From Patescibacteria group bacterium (lineage in GTDB: Bacteria > Patescibacteriota > JACPGU01): a DNA stretch of 64,000 nucleotides. The number at the start of each line of letters is the position of its first letter. Positions within the stretch are counted from its first letter, which is position 1. The position numbers and the translations under genes were made by a program. The notes beneath the pieces were generated by a model, which saw only the letters and a program-made list of their open reading frames with translations, did no database searches and was not told the origin of the DNA. Positions 39,801 to 49,286 of the stretch are shown here, piece after piece. The DNA lies in contig JBAYUK010000001.1 of assembly GCA_041675145.1 (NCBI GenBank), positions 11,822 through 75,821 on the forward strand, read 5' to 3'.

Positions 39801-39973
39801 GGTAATTACTCCTTCAAAAAAAGACCTCTCGGCCCAGTTAGTATCAGTTGGATTCATTATACTAGGAAAAATCCCCTGAGTAAAGTGTTTTTTCCTGGAG
39901 GCACTAATAAGGCATAAGGCAAAGAAATACCCCCGGAGTTCGGGGGTGTTCAAGGGTTATTTCGTGTGTAAGA

Positions 39974-40463
39974 TCAAGGGAGATTCCTGGCTATCTCTTG
40001 GAAGCAGGCAACGGTCTTTTCAATTGTTTCGTTGGCTGGTTTCAGTTTGGCAAAGAATGTTTCAGCTGCAACTTGGACAACAAATGTTTCAGGAAGCCTA
40101 ACTCGCTCACTCATGACATAGTCAAAAGATCTGATAACCCGATCCTGAGCCTTGTAAGTCAGTGTTTCTGGAGCGGTATTGAAACACGGCTCGGTCATGA
40201 TTGCTGTTTCAATAGTCCCAATAAGGGTGAAAAACTGACAGACTGCTTTGAGCCAGGTCATCTTTTTTGAGGTTACCCCGTCGGTTCCAGTCGCCTCAAT
40301 GAGGTATGCCAGGTTATTGAGAATTGCAGGCATTTCAGCCATAACCTTGGGATTCATACATGCGATGGCGATATTGAGACGGTTGGTGGCGATGGAGTAG
40401 GATTTCTCCCACTCACCATCAAAGGTCTTTTGAGGTGGTTTTTGGTAGGTGGCGACGACCATG
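39974..40463 (-). CDS. Hypothetical protein
   Basis: ORF 39974..40525. Preferred start ATG 40463 (MVVATYQ) with GGAGGGAATACTC upstream. Confidence 0.45.
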
Positions 40464-40586
40464 AGTATTCCCTCCTTTGGGAAGTAGAGTTTGTGGTTGC
40501 AGTCTGTAAAAGAGCAGGGCGTCACATAGTAAAAGAGACGCCTCAGCGTCCCTTTATACTACACTATTTATACAAATCTGTCAATG

Positions 40587-43535
40587 TTATTTCTTAACAG
40601 ATACAATAATACTAGCTCCTTCAATTTCTGAAGTAAGCGTGGCATCCGGATTTGGTAAATTCGTCTTTGCTATGTCATGGAGATTGCCTTGATTCATAAT
40701 CTCCTCACCATTTTCTACAAGAATTTTCTGGATATCTGGACTTTCGGTTTCAATTGAGCAATGCACAAGGTCAGAGAAGCCATACCGTGCTTCTTTTCTG
40801 GCATCCTGAATAAGACGGATAAGATCGTTTTTCATGGCTTCTGCTCGCAAGCTTGGCGTGATAGTGAGGTCGAGCGCTATATGAATTCCCTGGTCGTCGC
40901 GCTGTGCCCACTCCCCTTTCGGTATCTGCTCGGTACTATTTACTGCCTTTACATTAAGTTCGTCAGCAATAATTGCGCGCAATTCGTCTGGAACCGTTGC
41001 TTTGAATTCAATATTTTGTACTAGCAGTTCTGAAAGTGGCTGACGGTTCTTTATTTTATGTTCTTTGCGTAAAGAGTGACCCATTTCGACAATCTTTTGC
41101 ACTCGTGACATGCTTGCTTCAAGCTCTAGGTTAATGAGTTTCTCATCGGCTTCTGGGAACGTGCTCAAGTGTACAGATATGTTCCCTGTTAGTTTCTGGT
41201 ACAGTTCTTCTGATAGGAACGGAGTAAAAGGAGCAATAAGCTGAGAGATGGTTACGAGTGTCTCGTGAAGTATAGCTAGGAATACCGTAGCATCATCTCG
41301 CTTTTTGTTTCGTCTTACATACCAAGTAGAAAGCTCCATTACAAAGTCCTCGATTGAACGAGTAGCAGTAAAGATATCGTATTGGTCAAGTGAAGTAGTC
41401 ACTTTTTTTACAAGTCCCTCTCTTTTGGATATAAGCCACTGATCAAAGAGATTAGTGCTCTGTACTTTCTTAGTATTTTTTGGATCAAAATTATTAAGAT
41501 TGGCATAGGTTACAAAGAACGAGTACGTATTCCAGAGTATTAGGAGGAACTTGCGTACCTGTTCCTTGATGTCATCCTCCCCTACTCTCTTTGTTTCGCC
41601 TGGTTGGTTGACGGTATACATATACCAGCGGATAGCATCAAAGCCATGCGCATCAGCAATGGCAATTGGGTCGAGTACATTGCCTTTTGACTTACTCATC
41701 TTCTGTCCCTTTGAATCCAGGATGTGACCTAAACAAATGACATTCTTAAAGGCAGGACCACGATCTAGAATGGTTGCAATAGCGTGCAAGGTATAAAACC
41801 ACCCGCGAGTTTGGTCGATAGCTTCTGAGATAAAGTCAGCAGGAACTGGAGTACCGGTTGCATACGGCATTGATCCTGAATCAAACCAGACATCTAAAAC
41901 TTCAGGTACGCGATGCATGGGGCGCCCCTGAGAGTCAGGGATAATAATCTGATCAATGTACGGACGATGAAGATCGATGGTAGGTGTTGTGGTGCTAATA
42001 CCTGTCTCAGAGTCTAGGATCGGTGAACTCTTTGAGTAGACCGCATCAAAGTTAGTGGCACGCTCTTTAAGCTCCGCAATTGAGTTAATAAAGGCATATT
42101 CAGAGCGGTCTTCATTTTCCCAGATTGGCATCGGAGTGCCCCAGAAACGGTCACGAGATAGGTTCCAGTCTTTGATGTTTGCAAGCCACTCACCGAAACG
42201 ACCTTCTTTGATATTGTCTGGTACCCAGTGGATGTGTTCGTTGTTTTGAAGGAGTTGATCCTTGAGTCGACTCATAGCTATAAACCAGGAATCCTTGGCA
42301 TAGTAGATGAGTTTACTATCACAGCGCCAGCAATGTGGGTAGCTGTGTTTGTAGAGTTCTTTTTTGAAAACACTTCCCTGTTCATCCAAGTATTTGATAA
42401 TGTTCTCATTTTGATTTACCGCCACTTTTCCTGCCCACTGAGTAACTTCCGGAGTGAATACTCCTTCTTTAGTGACAGTAAAGAGGATAGGAAGATTATG
42501 TTCGACTTTAAGGTTGTAGTCATCCTCACCAAAGGCTGGTGCAATATGTACGATACCAGTACCATCGGTGTCTGAGACAAAGTCTCCAGCAATCACTTGG
42601 TAGGCATTATCTTCTTGAGATAAGTTAAAGAGAGGTTTGTATTTTTTGCCGATAAGGCTTGAGCCAGTATATTCATTAAGAATTGTATATTGCTCCTCGC
42701 CAAAGAGTGCAGAAAGTCGCTCTTTAGCTACGATAAAACGAACGAGCTTTCCTACTCCTTCGTCTTTTTTCTCGATTACGACATAGGTTAGTTTTGGATT
42801 TACTGCCACAGCAACATTACCAGGCAGTGTCCATGGTGTGGTAGTCCAGGCAATAAGGCGTGTTCCAGGCTCATCTAATAGCTCAAATTCTACATACACC
42901 GTCTGATCGGTAATGTCTTTATATCCCTGCGCTACTTCATGAGACGAAAGCGCAGTTCCACAGCGGTAGCAATACGGTACTACTTTGTGCCCGCGATACA
43001 TGAGGTCTTTTTTCCAGGCTTGTCCTAGCACTCCCCAGACTGACTCGATGTATTTATTCTCATAAGTTACATATGGGTCGTCCATATCGAGCCAGAACCC
43101 CATGCGACGAGTAAGTGTTTCCCATTCAGTAGTGTATTGCCAGACAGATTCATGGCAGAGACGGTTAAACTCTGCGATACTCTCGTCCTTGGTTGCCTTC
43201 AGTGTCTCAATCTGTGGCTTGCCTGAAATACCGAGTTGCTTTTCTACTTGTAGTTCAACTGGCAGGCCATGAGTATCCCAGCCAGCACGACGAGGCACCA
43301 CGTATCCCTGCATGGTCTTGTAGCGTAAAATAGAATCTTTAAAAGCACGAGCGAGGACATGGTGAATTCCTGGCATTCCGTTAGCGGTCGGCGGTCCTTC
43401 GTAGAATACAAATTCACCCTTTGGTGAGGGTTTTTCTAAAGATTTTGCAAAAATATGACGATCCTCCCAGAACTGTAGGATTTCTTGTTCAAGTTTTGGA
43501 AATGAGATTTTAGGATCAACTGGTTGAAATGGCAT
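40587..43535 (-). CDS. ileS: Isoleucine--tRNA ligase
   Basis: HIGH region 'PPTANGMPGIHHV', 'WTTTPWTLPGN', and 'KMSKSKGN'. Start at ATG 43535 (MPFQPV); about 982 aa. Confidence 0.9.
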   Translation of the reverse strand: MPFQPVDPKISFPKLEQEILQFWEDRHIFAKSLEKPSPKGEFVFYEGPPTANGMPGIHHVLARAFKDSILRYKTMQGYVVPRRAGWDTHGLPVELQVEKQLGISGKPQIETLKATKDESIAEFNRLCHESVWQYTTEWETLTRRMGFWLDMDDPYVTYENKYIESVWGVLGQAWKKDLMYRGHKVVPYCYRCGTALSSHEVAQGYKDITDQTVYVEFELLDEPGTRLIAWTTTPWTLPGNVAVAVNPKLTYVVIEKKDEGVGKLVRFIVAKERLSALFGEEQYTILNEYTGSSLIGKKYKPLFNLSQEDNAYQVIAGDFVSDTDGTGIVHIAPAFGEDDYNLKVEHNLPILFTVTKEGVFTPEVTQWAGKVAVNQNENIIKYLDEQGSVFKKELYKHSYPHCWRCDSKLIYYAKDSWFIAMSRLKDQLLQNNEHIHWVPDNIKEGRFGEWLANIKDWNLSRDRFWGTPMPIWENEDRSEYAFINSIAELKERATNFDAVYSKSSPILDSETGISTTTPTIDLHRPYIDQIIIPDSQGRPMHRVPEVLDVWFDSGSMPYATGTPVPADFISEAIDQTRGWFYTLHAIATILDRGPAFKNVICLGHILDSKGQKMSKSKGNVLDPIAIADAHGFDAIRWYMYTVNQPGETKRVGEDDIKEQVRKFLLILWNTYSFFVTYANLNNFDPKNTKKVQSTNLFDQWLISKREGLVKKVTTSLDQYDIFTATRSIEDFVMELSTWYVRRNKKRDDATVFLAILHETLVTISQLIAPFTPFLSEELYQKLTGNISVHLSTFPEADEKLINLELEASMSRVQKIVEMGHSLRKEHKIKNRQPLSELLVQNIEFKATVPDELRAIIADELNVKAVNSTEQIPKGEWAQRDDQGIHIALDLTITPSLRAEAMKNDLIRLIQDARKEARYGFSDLVHCSIETESPDIQKILVENGEEIMNQGNLHDIAKTNLPNPDATLTSEIEGASIIVSVKK

Positions 43536-43665
43536 ACAGAATATAATAGTAATGAACTCCCCTATTATATTCCATTCCATTCTTTTCTGAAATAGGTATG
43601 TGTGCATAAGACATAATGAAACCCGCCTTTGTGGGGCGGGTTCAACGAGGTTCGTTTCGGAATTA

Positions 43666-44235
43666 TTAGAAGGCGAACAGAAGATCATCCTTGTTTTCCG
43701 TTTCTTTAGGAGGAGTCTTCTCTTGCGCTTTTTTATTGGTAAGCAGTGGATCCAGCTCGTGGCAAAAGGTTCTTGCCTTTGCCTGAATTTCTGCTGGATA
43801 CTCCTTAAGTGAATCTTGGTCGCAGATATCCGGCATCATGACAAAGAATTCTTTTTCCCAGTTCCCTTTCCGTTGCATAAGAAAAAGTTGTCCGTTGCTC
43901 GCACGGGCGGCAATGACCTTTTTCTTAGGTGGGGTGCATTCATTTAAAGACTCCACCAACCACATTTGAATAAGTTCAATGCGGAAGGAAGCAATCTCCA
44001 TTTTTTTACGAGCTCGAAAGTCGGCGCAGACTGAGGAGTAGACGATATCGTCGTAGGCTCCGAGAAACACTTTTTCCGTTTTGCGCTTCACTTCCGGGTT
44101 GTTGGTGGTGACGAAAAACAGCTTTGCGGTGGTCACCTGTGGTTCTGGAGGCTGGTTGGTTCCCTTTGCAGGGGTGGCAAAAGCCACAGTCCCTACTAAG
44201 CAAAGTAAAGCCTTAGTTAAGTGCTTTGTTGGCAT
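43666..44235 (-). CDS. Secreted hypothetical protein
   Basis: Signal peptide MPTKHLTKALLCLVGTVAFATPAKG. Terminator hairpin downstream on the minus strand (gaacccgccccacaaaggcgggtttc). Confidence 0.5.
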   Translation of the reverse strand: MPTKHLTKALLCLVGTVAFATPAKGTNQPPEPQVTTAKLFFVTTNNPEVKRKTEKVFLGAYDDIVYSSVCADFRARKKMEIASFRIELIQMWLVESLNECTPPKKKVIAARASNGQLFLMQRKGNWEKEFFVMMPDICDQDSLKEYPAEIQAKARTFCHELDPLLTNKKAQEKTPPKETENKDDLLFAF

Positions 44236-44828
44236 CTCACTCTCCTTTTCATGAGGTCGATAGCTTCTTGTGCTAGGTCCGCGACAGTTTTTTCGGGTGT
44301 GACCGAAATCATAATGAGTCGGCTCTTGCTCCGGTAGTAGGACAACATCGGGACGGTGAGATTGAGCCAGTTTTCCCAGCGGTTGGAAAAAATAGCAGGA
44401 TCATCATCCACCCTATCCTCTTTTGCAAGTCGTTCTTTGTTGCGGTCAGTACACAGTCTTTTAGATGCATCTAGATGCAAAATGACTGCCAGTGGCAAGC
44501 CCTTGCGCTCAAGCATAGCGTCCAATGCTTCTGCCTGATCGCAGGTTCTGGGGCTGTCAATTAACATCCCAACCCTAGGCTTGTATTTGTCCATGTTCCA
44601 TTCAAGAACATCACAGACGACTTCTGCTGAAACAAGGTTGCCAGAGGGCTTTACACGCAAAATTTCCTCTGTGTGATAGCCCTTTAGTGCAACATGCTCA
44701 TCCATAAGTTTACTTAAGAGGACATAATGAAGAATAAGGCGTTTTGCCATTTCAAGTCCAAAGAGTGTTTTTCCAGAACAAGGTGGTCCAACCACCCCTA
44801 TTGATTCGTTGGTTTCGAGTAGTGACAT
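44217..44828 (-). CDS. Nucleoside monophosphate kinase (adenylate/cytidylate kinase family)
   Basis: P-loop 'IGVVGPPCSGKTLFG'. Start at ATG 44828 (MSLLETNE) rather than the 365-aa ORF start. Confidence 0.6.
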   Translation of the reverse strand: MSLLETNESIGVVGPPCSGKTLFGLEMAKRLILHYVLLSKLMDEHVALKGYHTEEILRVKPSGNLVSAEVVCDVLEWNMDKYKPRVGMLIDSPRTCDQAEALDAMLERKGLPLAVILHLDASKRLCTDRNKERLAKEDRVDDDPAIFSNRWENWLNLTVPMLSYYRSKSRLIMISVTPEKTVADLAQEAIDLMKRRVRCQQST

Positions 44829-45084
44829 GCTGCTTCCTTCCCGCCTTTGGCGTTTACGATGTGAGTTTTTAAGAGTGCGTTTTGGGACAAAAAATCGGAG
44901 AAAATCCTCCGATGAGTAGTATACACGAAATGAGTAAATAAGGGAATAAAAAAGGGAGTCGCTCATATGATGCGACTCCCCAAGCTTGGGGTCTGGCGAC
45001 CCGGGAACTCCAGAGGCTGGAGTCTCGCCCACAAGGCGATAGATGTCACTCCCGACCGGGAGTGACCAAGAAATGGCAGATAAA

Positions 45085-45654
45085 TCAGCGGTTGATAGGC
45101 CGGCTGACCTCGGTGGAAGCGGAAGCCAAACGAAAGTTGTCCGTGCTATGGCAACTTGAATCCACCCGGAATTCATTGGTAAACAGCTGAACATTTTTAT
45201 CCTTGTCCAGGTATTTAACCTCGAGAGTGACGAATTCGGCATCCCGAATGGAGTATGGAGAGGTCGAGATGACCGTTCCCGTTTCGTCCTGCCGGGCGTA
45301 GCTGTACACCTCAAGGTCGGTTGCGTTGTCTCGCAGAACCACCTCTTTGGTGTCGTAGTTGTTCCCGGTTAGGAAATGACCGTCCAGCCAAATGTTACCA
45401 TCGGCGTAATTGAAACACCGCAGGGTGTGATCTGCCGGATAGACCGTGGCGCCGAAGTCATGGCCATCGATCTTAACATCGATGACAACCGAGAATGTCA
45501 GGGGTCGTCCCGTGACATTGTTCACCGCCTTAAAGTCCACATCGTAGCGGCCGTCCGGAATGGTGAAGGGCGTGGAATACGCCCAGCCTGTGGTTTGTGA
45601 CCAGTCATCCATGTGAAGTGGAATTCTGGTCAGTTCCCGACTGGCGGAAACCAC
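45085..45654 (-). CDS. Hypothetical protein in GC-rich island
   Basis: 189-aa ORF with beta-rich composition. An alternative start at MDDWSQ is possible. Confidence 0.45.
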   Translation of the reverse strand: MVSASRELTRIPLHMDDWSQTTGWAYSTPFTIPDGRYDVDFKAVNNVTGRPLTFSVVIDVKIDGHDFGATVYPADHTLRCFNYADGNIWLDGHFLTGNNYDTKEVVLRDNATDLEVYSYARQDETGTVISTSPYSIRDAEFVTLEVKYLDKDKNVQLFTNEFRVDSSCHSTDNFRLASASTEVSRPINR

Positions 45655-45711
45655 TGAGAGATCCCAGGAAGTTCCTTGCAGGTGTTGGTACCCTAGTCCC
45701 TGAGGAGCAGT

Positions 45712-45996
45712 TTACCTGATGAACCAGCCTGGTTCGATCGATTGGACCCGAGCGGTTGAGAGCTCTTTTTGAAGGGCTTCCTGTTCCCCGATCATGGCCT
45801 CGAAGTCTCCCGGAGTGGGAGGCAACGGCATGGGGATTTCCCCGATGAGGATTCCCGGGCCTGGTTGGAGGACCTGATCTGCGGTCGGAGATTGAGGAGC
45901 CAGGCTGCTGCCTGATCCCCCGCAGCCAATCAGGCCGGAGAAGAGGGTGGTTGCCGTCATTGCGGCAAGGAGCAAGGAACGGATTCCTGTTTTCAT
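45712..45996 (-). CDS. Small lipoprotein
   Basis: Signal peptide with lipobox 'LFSGLIGCGGSGSS'. Confidence 0.55.
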   Translation of the reverse strand: MKTGIRSLLLAAMTATTLFSGLIGCGGSGSSLAPQSPTADQVLQPGPGILIGEIPMPLPPTPGDFEAMIGEQEALQKELSTARVQSIEPGWFIR

Positions 45997-46047
45997 GGTA
46001 GATCCTTTCGCCTCGTAGAGACTTGCGGTAGGTCGCCACCCATTTTT

Positions 46048-47052
46048 TTACTGAATGGTGACTGGCGAAGCCGGGCGAACCGGTGTCTGAGTCACTCCAA
46101 TGCCGACATTGAACCCTGTGTCTACCAGATCAATGTCAGCCGGCTGTTCAAGTGAAAGGTTGATTGTTCCGCTGGCCGTAACAGAGATATCCGCTTTGAC
46201 AGTGATGTCCTTGGTTGAGCCAGACGCGATTGCGGTGGCAGTTGGAATGGTGAAAACAACAGTGTTTCCGTATACCACGCCAGATTGTCCAATGTTAACT
46301 CCATTCGTATAGAGCCTGAAATTGCTTAGATTGCTCAACTGAGCAGATCCGATTTGTCGCAAGTTCAGACGACGAAGTGAAGCGTTTCGACCTTGAACAG
46401 TCAGATTTGAGCTCCAGATGGTGACGACTTGCGCACCTCCTCTTGGCACTGAGCCGCCTGAAGGAGTGACCGATCCGAAGGTGGCAGATGCCAGTGTGGC
46501 AGTTGCCGTCGTAAACAAGTTTCCTGACAGGTTGGCGATTGTGTTGATATCGTCACTTGTCTTGAAGGTCAGAAGTTCTGCTTGCACAATCATTCCGCCT
46601 TGATTTCCGACATCCACACGAACCGAAATTTCTTTGGATTCGCTGATAGCAAGTCCAGAGACTCCCCAAAATATTGCCGTTGATCTTCCGGACCCTGCAG
46701 GCGCCCAGTTAATCATCTCGCCAGTGGCGGCATCGAAGAGGTAGGTCTTGTTAATGGTTCCGGTCATTGCCAGACGCATCTCCGTGATAGATGTTGCGTC
46801 CGTTCCCGTGTTGGTGAATTTGAATCGGGCGATTTCTCGTCCGACTTCACCTGTGACAAGAGTCCCGGAGGTCGGGTTTCCGGCCGAAAGCTCAGAATTA
46901 ACCATGATTCTGGAAGGAATCACGCAGTTACAGGGCGGATTTACCGGTCTCGGGGTGTTCCCGATAACCTTAGTTCCTCCTCCACAGCCAACAAGGCCGG
47001 AGAAAACGAGCACCGCAAGTACGGTGAGAAGTAGGGTGTTTTTTAGACGCAT
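46048..47052 (-). CDS. Large Thr/Ser/Gly-rich lipoprotein (334 aa)
   Basis: 'MRLKNTLLLTVLAVLVFSGLVGCGGG' lipobox. Promoter TTGACT-17-TACAAT upstream on the minus strand at about 47095-47123. Confidence 0.55.
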   Translation of the reverse strand: MRLKNTLLLTVLAVLVFSGLVGCGGGTKVIGNTPRPVNPPCNCVIPSRIMVNSELSAGNPTSGTLVTGEVGREIARFKFTNTGTDATSITEMRLAMTGTINKTYLFDAATGEMINWAPAGSGRSTAIFWGVSGLAISESKEISVRVDVGNQGGMIVQAELLTFKTSDDINTIANLSGNLFTTATATLASATFGSVTPSGGSVPRGGAQVVTIWSSNLTVQGRNASLRRLNLRQIGSAQLSNLSNFRLYTNGVNIGQSGVVYGNTVVFTIPTATAIASGSTKDITVKADISVTASGTINLSLEQPADIDLVDTGFNVGIGVTQTPVRPASPVTIQ

Positions 47053-47172
47053 GAGCGCCTCCTTATAAATTTGATTCCCGATCTGTGAAGGTGCTTATCC
47101 TTTACATAGAAATTGTACACTAAAGTGTACTAAAAGTCAAGTATATTTATGTAATATATTGTGTAAATACGG

Positions 47173-47409
47173 CTATTTCTCTATTTCCACCACTTTAGTT
47201 CTGGCGGTATGGCCTTTGAGAATGGTAATTCTTCCCTTCCCTACCTTGAAATGGTCTGCTAGGAAGGCTATGAGAGCCTCATTGGCCTTTCCCTCTACAG
47301 GAGGGGCAGCTACCTTTATTTTAAGTACCTCATTCCCGAATAGGTCGGTTTGGGTACCGGCTATCTCGGACTTCTTGGCATTCGGAGTGAGGTGGATAGT
47401 GAGTTTCAT
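47173..47409 (-). CDS. DUF167 (YggU/UPF0235) family protein
   Basis: 78 aa with 'LKIKVAAPPVEGKANEALIAFLADHFKV'. Confidence 0.7.
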   Translation of the reverse strand: MKLTIHLTPNAKKSEIAGTQTDLFGNEVLKIKVAAPPVEGKANEALIAFLADHFKVGKGRITILKGHTARTKVVEIEK

Positions 47410-47434
47410 AAGAAAAAATAGGGACTCCCCTATT

Positions 47435-47980
47435 TTAATATTCGAGCTTAAGTTCGGCTTTTTGAGCTAGTTGCCCGATCCATTTCTCGTGGCGATCTCC
47501 TTTGTGCCGTAAAACCGCGAGTTCATCACTAGTTTTCTCTGTTTTACTCATAAAGCCGTCAACTGAGCTTTGTAGGCTTGAGAACATGCCACGCATTTCA
47601 TCAAGTGCCTTGTCGTGTTTTTCTACAGAAACAAAAATCTTTTCCATACTACTTAGTAAGTTATCTTTAGTTGGGAATACTTCTGACATAGTACCAATCA
47701 TATTCTCCTTGGTAGGAAAGACCTCTGACATAGTACCAATCATGTTCTCTTTGGTAGGAAATACCTCTGACATACTGCCAATCATATTCTCCTTAGTTGG
47801 AAAAACCTCAGCCATACTAGGAATGAGGTTTTCCTTTGTTGGAAAGACTTCAGACATACTACTAATCATATCTTTCTTGGTTGGAAAGATCTCCGTCATA
47901 GCACCGATAATTTGTTGGATATCTTCGTCTGTAAGCATGTCTTTAGTATAGCTAAGTAAGCTAATAGACTGCAAGGGCAA
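47435..47980 (-). CDS. Protein with six tandem 13-aa repeats (MSEVFPTKENMIG)
   Basis: Repeats 'SMSEVFPTKENLIPSMAEVFPTKENMIGSMSEVFPTKENMIGTMSEVFPTKENMIGTMSEVFPTKDNLLSSMEKIF'. C-terminal coiled-coil-like region. Confidence 0.55.
   Translation of the reverse strand: MPLQSISLLSYTKDMLTDEDIQQIIGAMTEIFPTKKDMISSMSEVFPTKENLIPSMAEVFPTKENMIGSMSEVFPTKENMIGTMSEVFPTKENMIGTMSEVFPTKDNLLSSMEKIFVSVEKHDKALDEMRGMFSSLQSSVDGFMSKTEKTSDELAVLRHKGDRHEKWIGQLAQKAELKLEY
47665..47920. repeat. 39-bp tandem DNA repeat, about 6.5 copies
   Basis: Units of the form ttggtaggaaagacctctgacatagtaccaatcatgttctc, with 80-90% identity between copies. Confidence 0.7.
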
Positions 47981-48027
47981 ATAGTGTGGATAAGCAATAA
48001 AACAGCCCCGGTGTGGGGCTGTTTTAT

Positions 48028-49194
48028 CTACTTCATCTTGCGTCGTATAAAGGTTGGGATATCGAGGTCATCCTGATCTTTTTTTGGTGCGCTGGTAGGT
48101 GCGCTAAATGGGTTCGAGTGAGTGCTTGGACTTGAACTACGAGGTTGGCGGTCTATGACCATAGTATCTTCCTCTTCATCAAGGCGACGGCGTTGCCCCT
48201 TCATCTTGATGCTATCAAAGCCAGTAGCGATAACCGTGATCTTAACCTCAGACTGCATAGATTCATCAATGACCGCACCAAAGATCACATTTGCATCCTT
48301 ATCTGCTGCTTCGGTAATGATCTTAGCTGCCTCGTCAATTTCGTACATGGCAAGGTCTGGGCTACCGGTGATGTTGAATAGAATACCCTTTGCTCCTTCA
48401 ATAGAGAGCTCAAGAAGAGGGCTATCAATTGCGGCGCGAGCGGCTTCGATAGCACGAGACTCCCCTGTTCCGCGACCAATACCCATCAGGGCTGATCCAG
48501 CGTCCTTCATGATAGCTTTTACGTCAGCAAAGTCGACGTTAATCATACCATGGTAGGTAATCAGGTCTGAGATACCCTGAACAGCCTGGCGGAGAATATC
48601 ATCAACAACAGTAAAGGCTTCTGTGAGAGAGGTCTTTTTATCAATCACCTGCATAAGGCGGTCATTTGGGATAACGACAAGCGTATCTACTTTCTGCTTC
48701 ATTTCCTCGATACCGAGTTCAGCAGACTTAGCACGGCGCAACCCTTCAAAGCCAAAAGGCTTAGTGACTACTCCGACTGTTAGAGCACCCATTTCCTTCG
48801 CAATAGCAGCAATAGAGGGAGCAGCACCGGTTCCGGTACCACCGCCCATACCACAGGTAACAAAGACCATGTGTGCACCGCGAAGTGCTTCGTAAAGTTC
48901 TTCTTTATTTTCTTCAATAGCACGGCGACCGATATCTGGGTCAGCTCCAGCTCCCAGACCCTGGGTAACATCTTTACCGATCTGGATTTTGACTGGCGCC
49001 TGTGAGTGATAGAGTGCTTGCGCGTCGGTATTGACCGCAATGAATTCAACGCCCTTAATTCGGGCATTTATCATGCGTTCTACCGCGTTACATCCGCCTC
49101 CCCCCACGCCGATGACTTTAATACGCGCGAACACATCCCCATCAGTGCCAACAATCTTGTTTGAATCATGAGAAATCATAGAAGATTTTTTCAT
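48028..49194 (-). CDS. ftsZ: Cell division protein FtsZ
   Basis: '[10 protein letters not shown]' and '[10 protein letters not shown]'. Confidence 0.95.
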   Translation of the reverse strand: MKKSSMISHDSNKIVGTDGDVFARIKVIGVGGGGCNAVERMINARIKGVEFIAVNTDAQALYHSQAPVKIQIGKDVTQGLGAGADPDIGRRAIEENKEELYEALRGAHMVFVTCGMGGGTGTGAAPSIAAIAKEMGALTVGVVTKPFGFEGLRRAKSAELGIEEMKQKVDTLVVIPNDRLMQVIDKKTSLTEAFTVVDDILRQAVQGISDLITYHGMINVDFADVKAIMKDAGSALMGIGRGTGESRAIEAARAAIDSPLLELSIEGAKGILFNITGSPDLAMYEIDEAAKIITEAADKDANVIFGAVIDESMQSEVKITVIATGFDSIKMKGQRRRLDEEEDTMVIDRQPRSSSPSTHSNPFSAPTSAPKKDQDDLDIPTFIRRKMK

Positions 49195-49286
49195 TATATA
49201 AACTCCTTTGAAGCGTTAGTGGTTCGCTGTGTTAGTATTGCCCCTACTATAGCACAGTTACCAGGCGCTTGCAATTCGAGTGGTTA

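Noticed and set aside
39801-39953. N-terminal 51-aa extension of the L21 ORF
   Set aside because: Conserved L21 begins at MFAVIKTGGKQY with its own GGAG RBS. The upstream extension is hydrophobic junk.
45120-45175. Possible tmRNA tag-like reading frame (gccaaacgaaag...)
   Set aside because: No ALAA-type tag end, no tRNA-like acceptor or T-arm (GGTTCGAATCC-type) nearby. Resemblance is superficial.
44829-45314. Long N-terminal extension (162 aa) of the NMP kinase ORF
   Set aside because: The extension is Arg/Ser/Pro-rich with no kinase similarity and runs through the GC-rich structured intergenic region. The P-loop protein starts cleanly at MSLLETNE with an RBS.
46748-47068. 106-aa + ORF antisense to the large lipoprotein
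   Set aside because: Nested antisense in a GC-rich gene; long open frames are expected by chance in GC-rich sequence.
48122-48895. Antisense ORFs (144, 78 and 90 aa) within ftsZ
   Set aside because: ftsZ identity is unambiguous; the antisense frames are Ser/Arg/Pro-rich artefacts.
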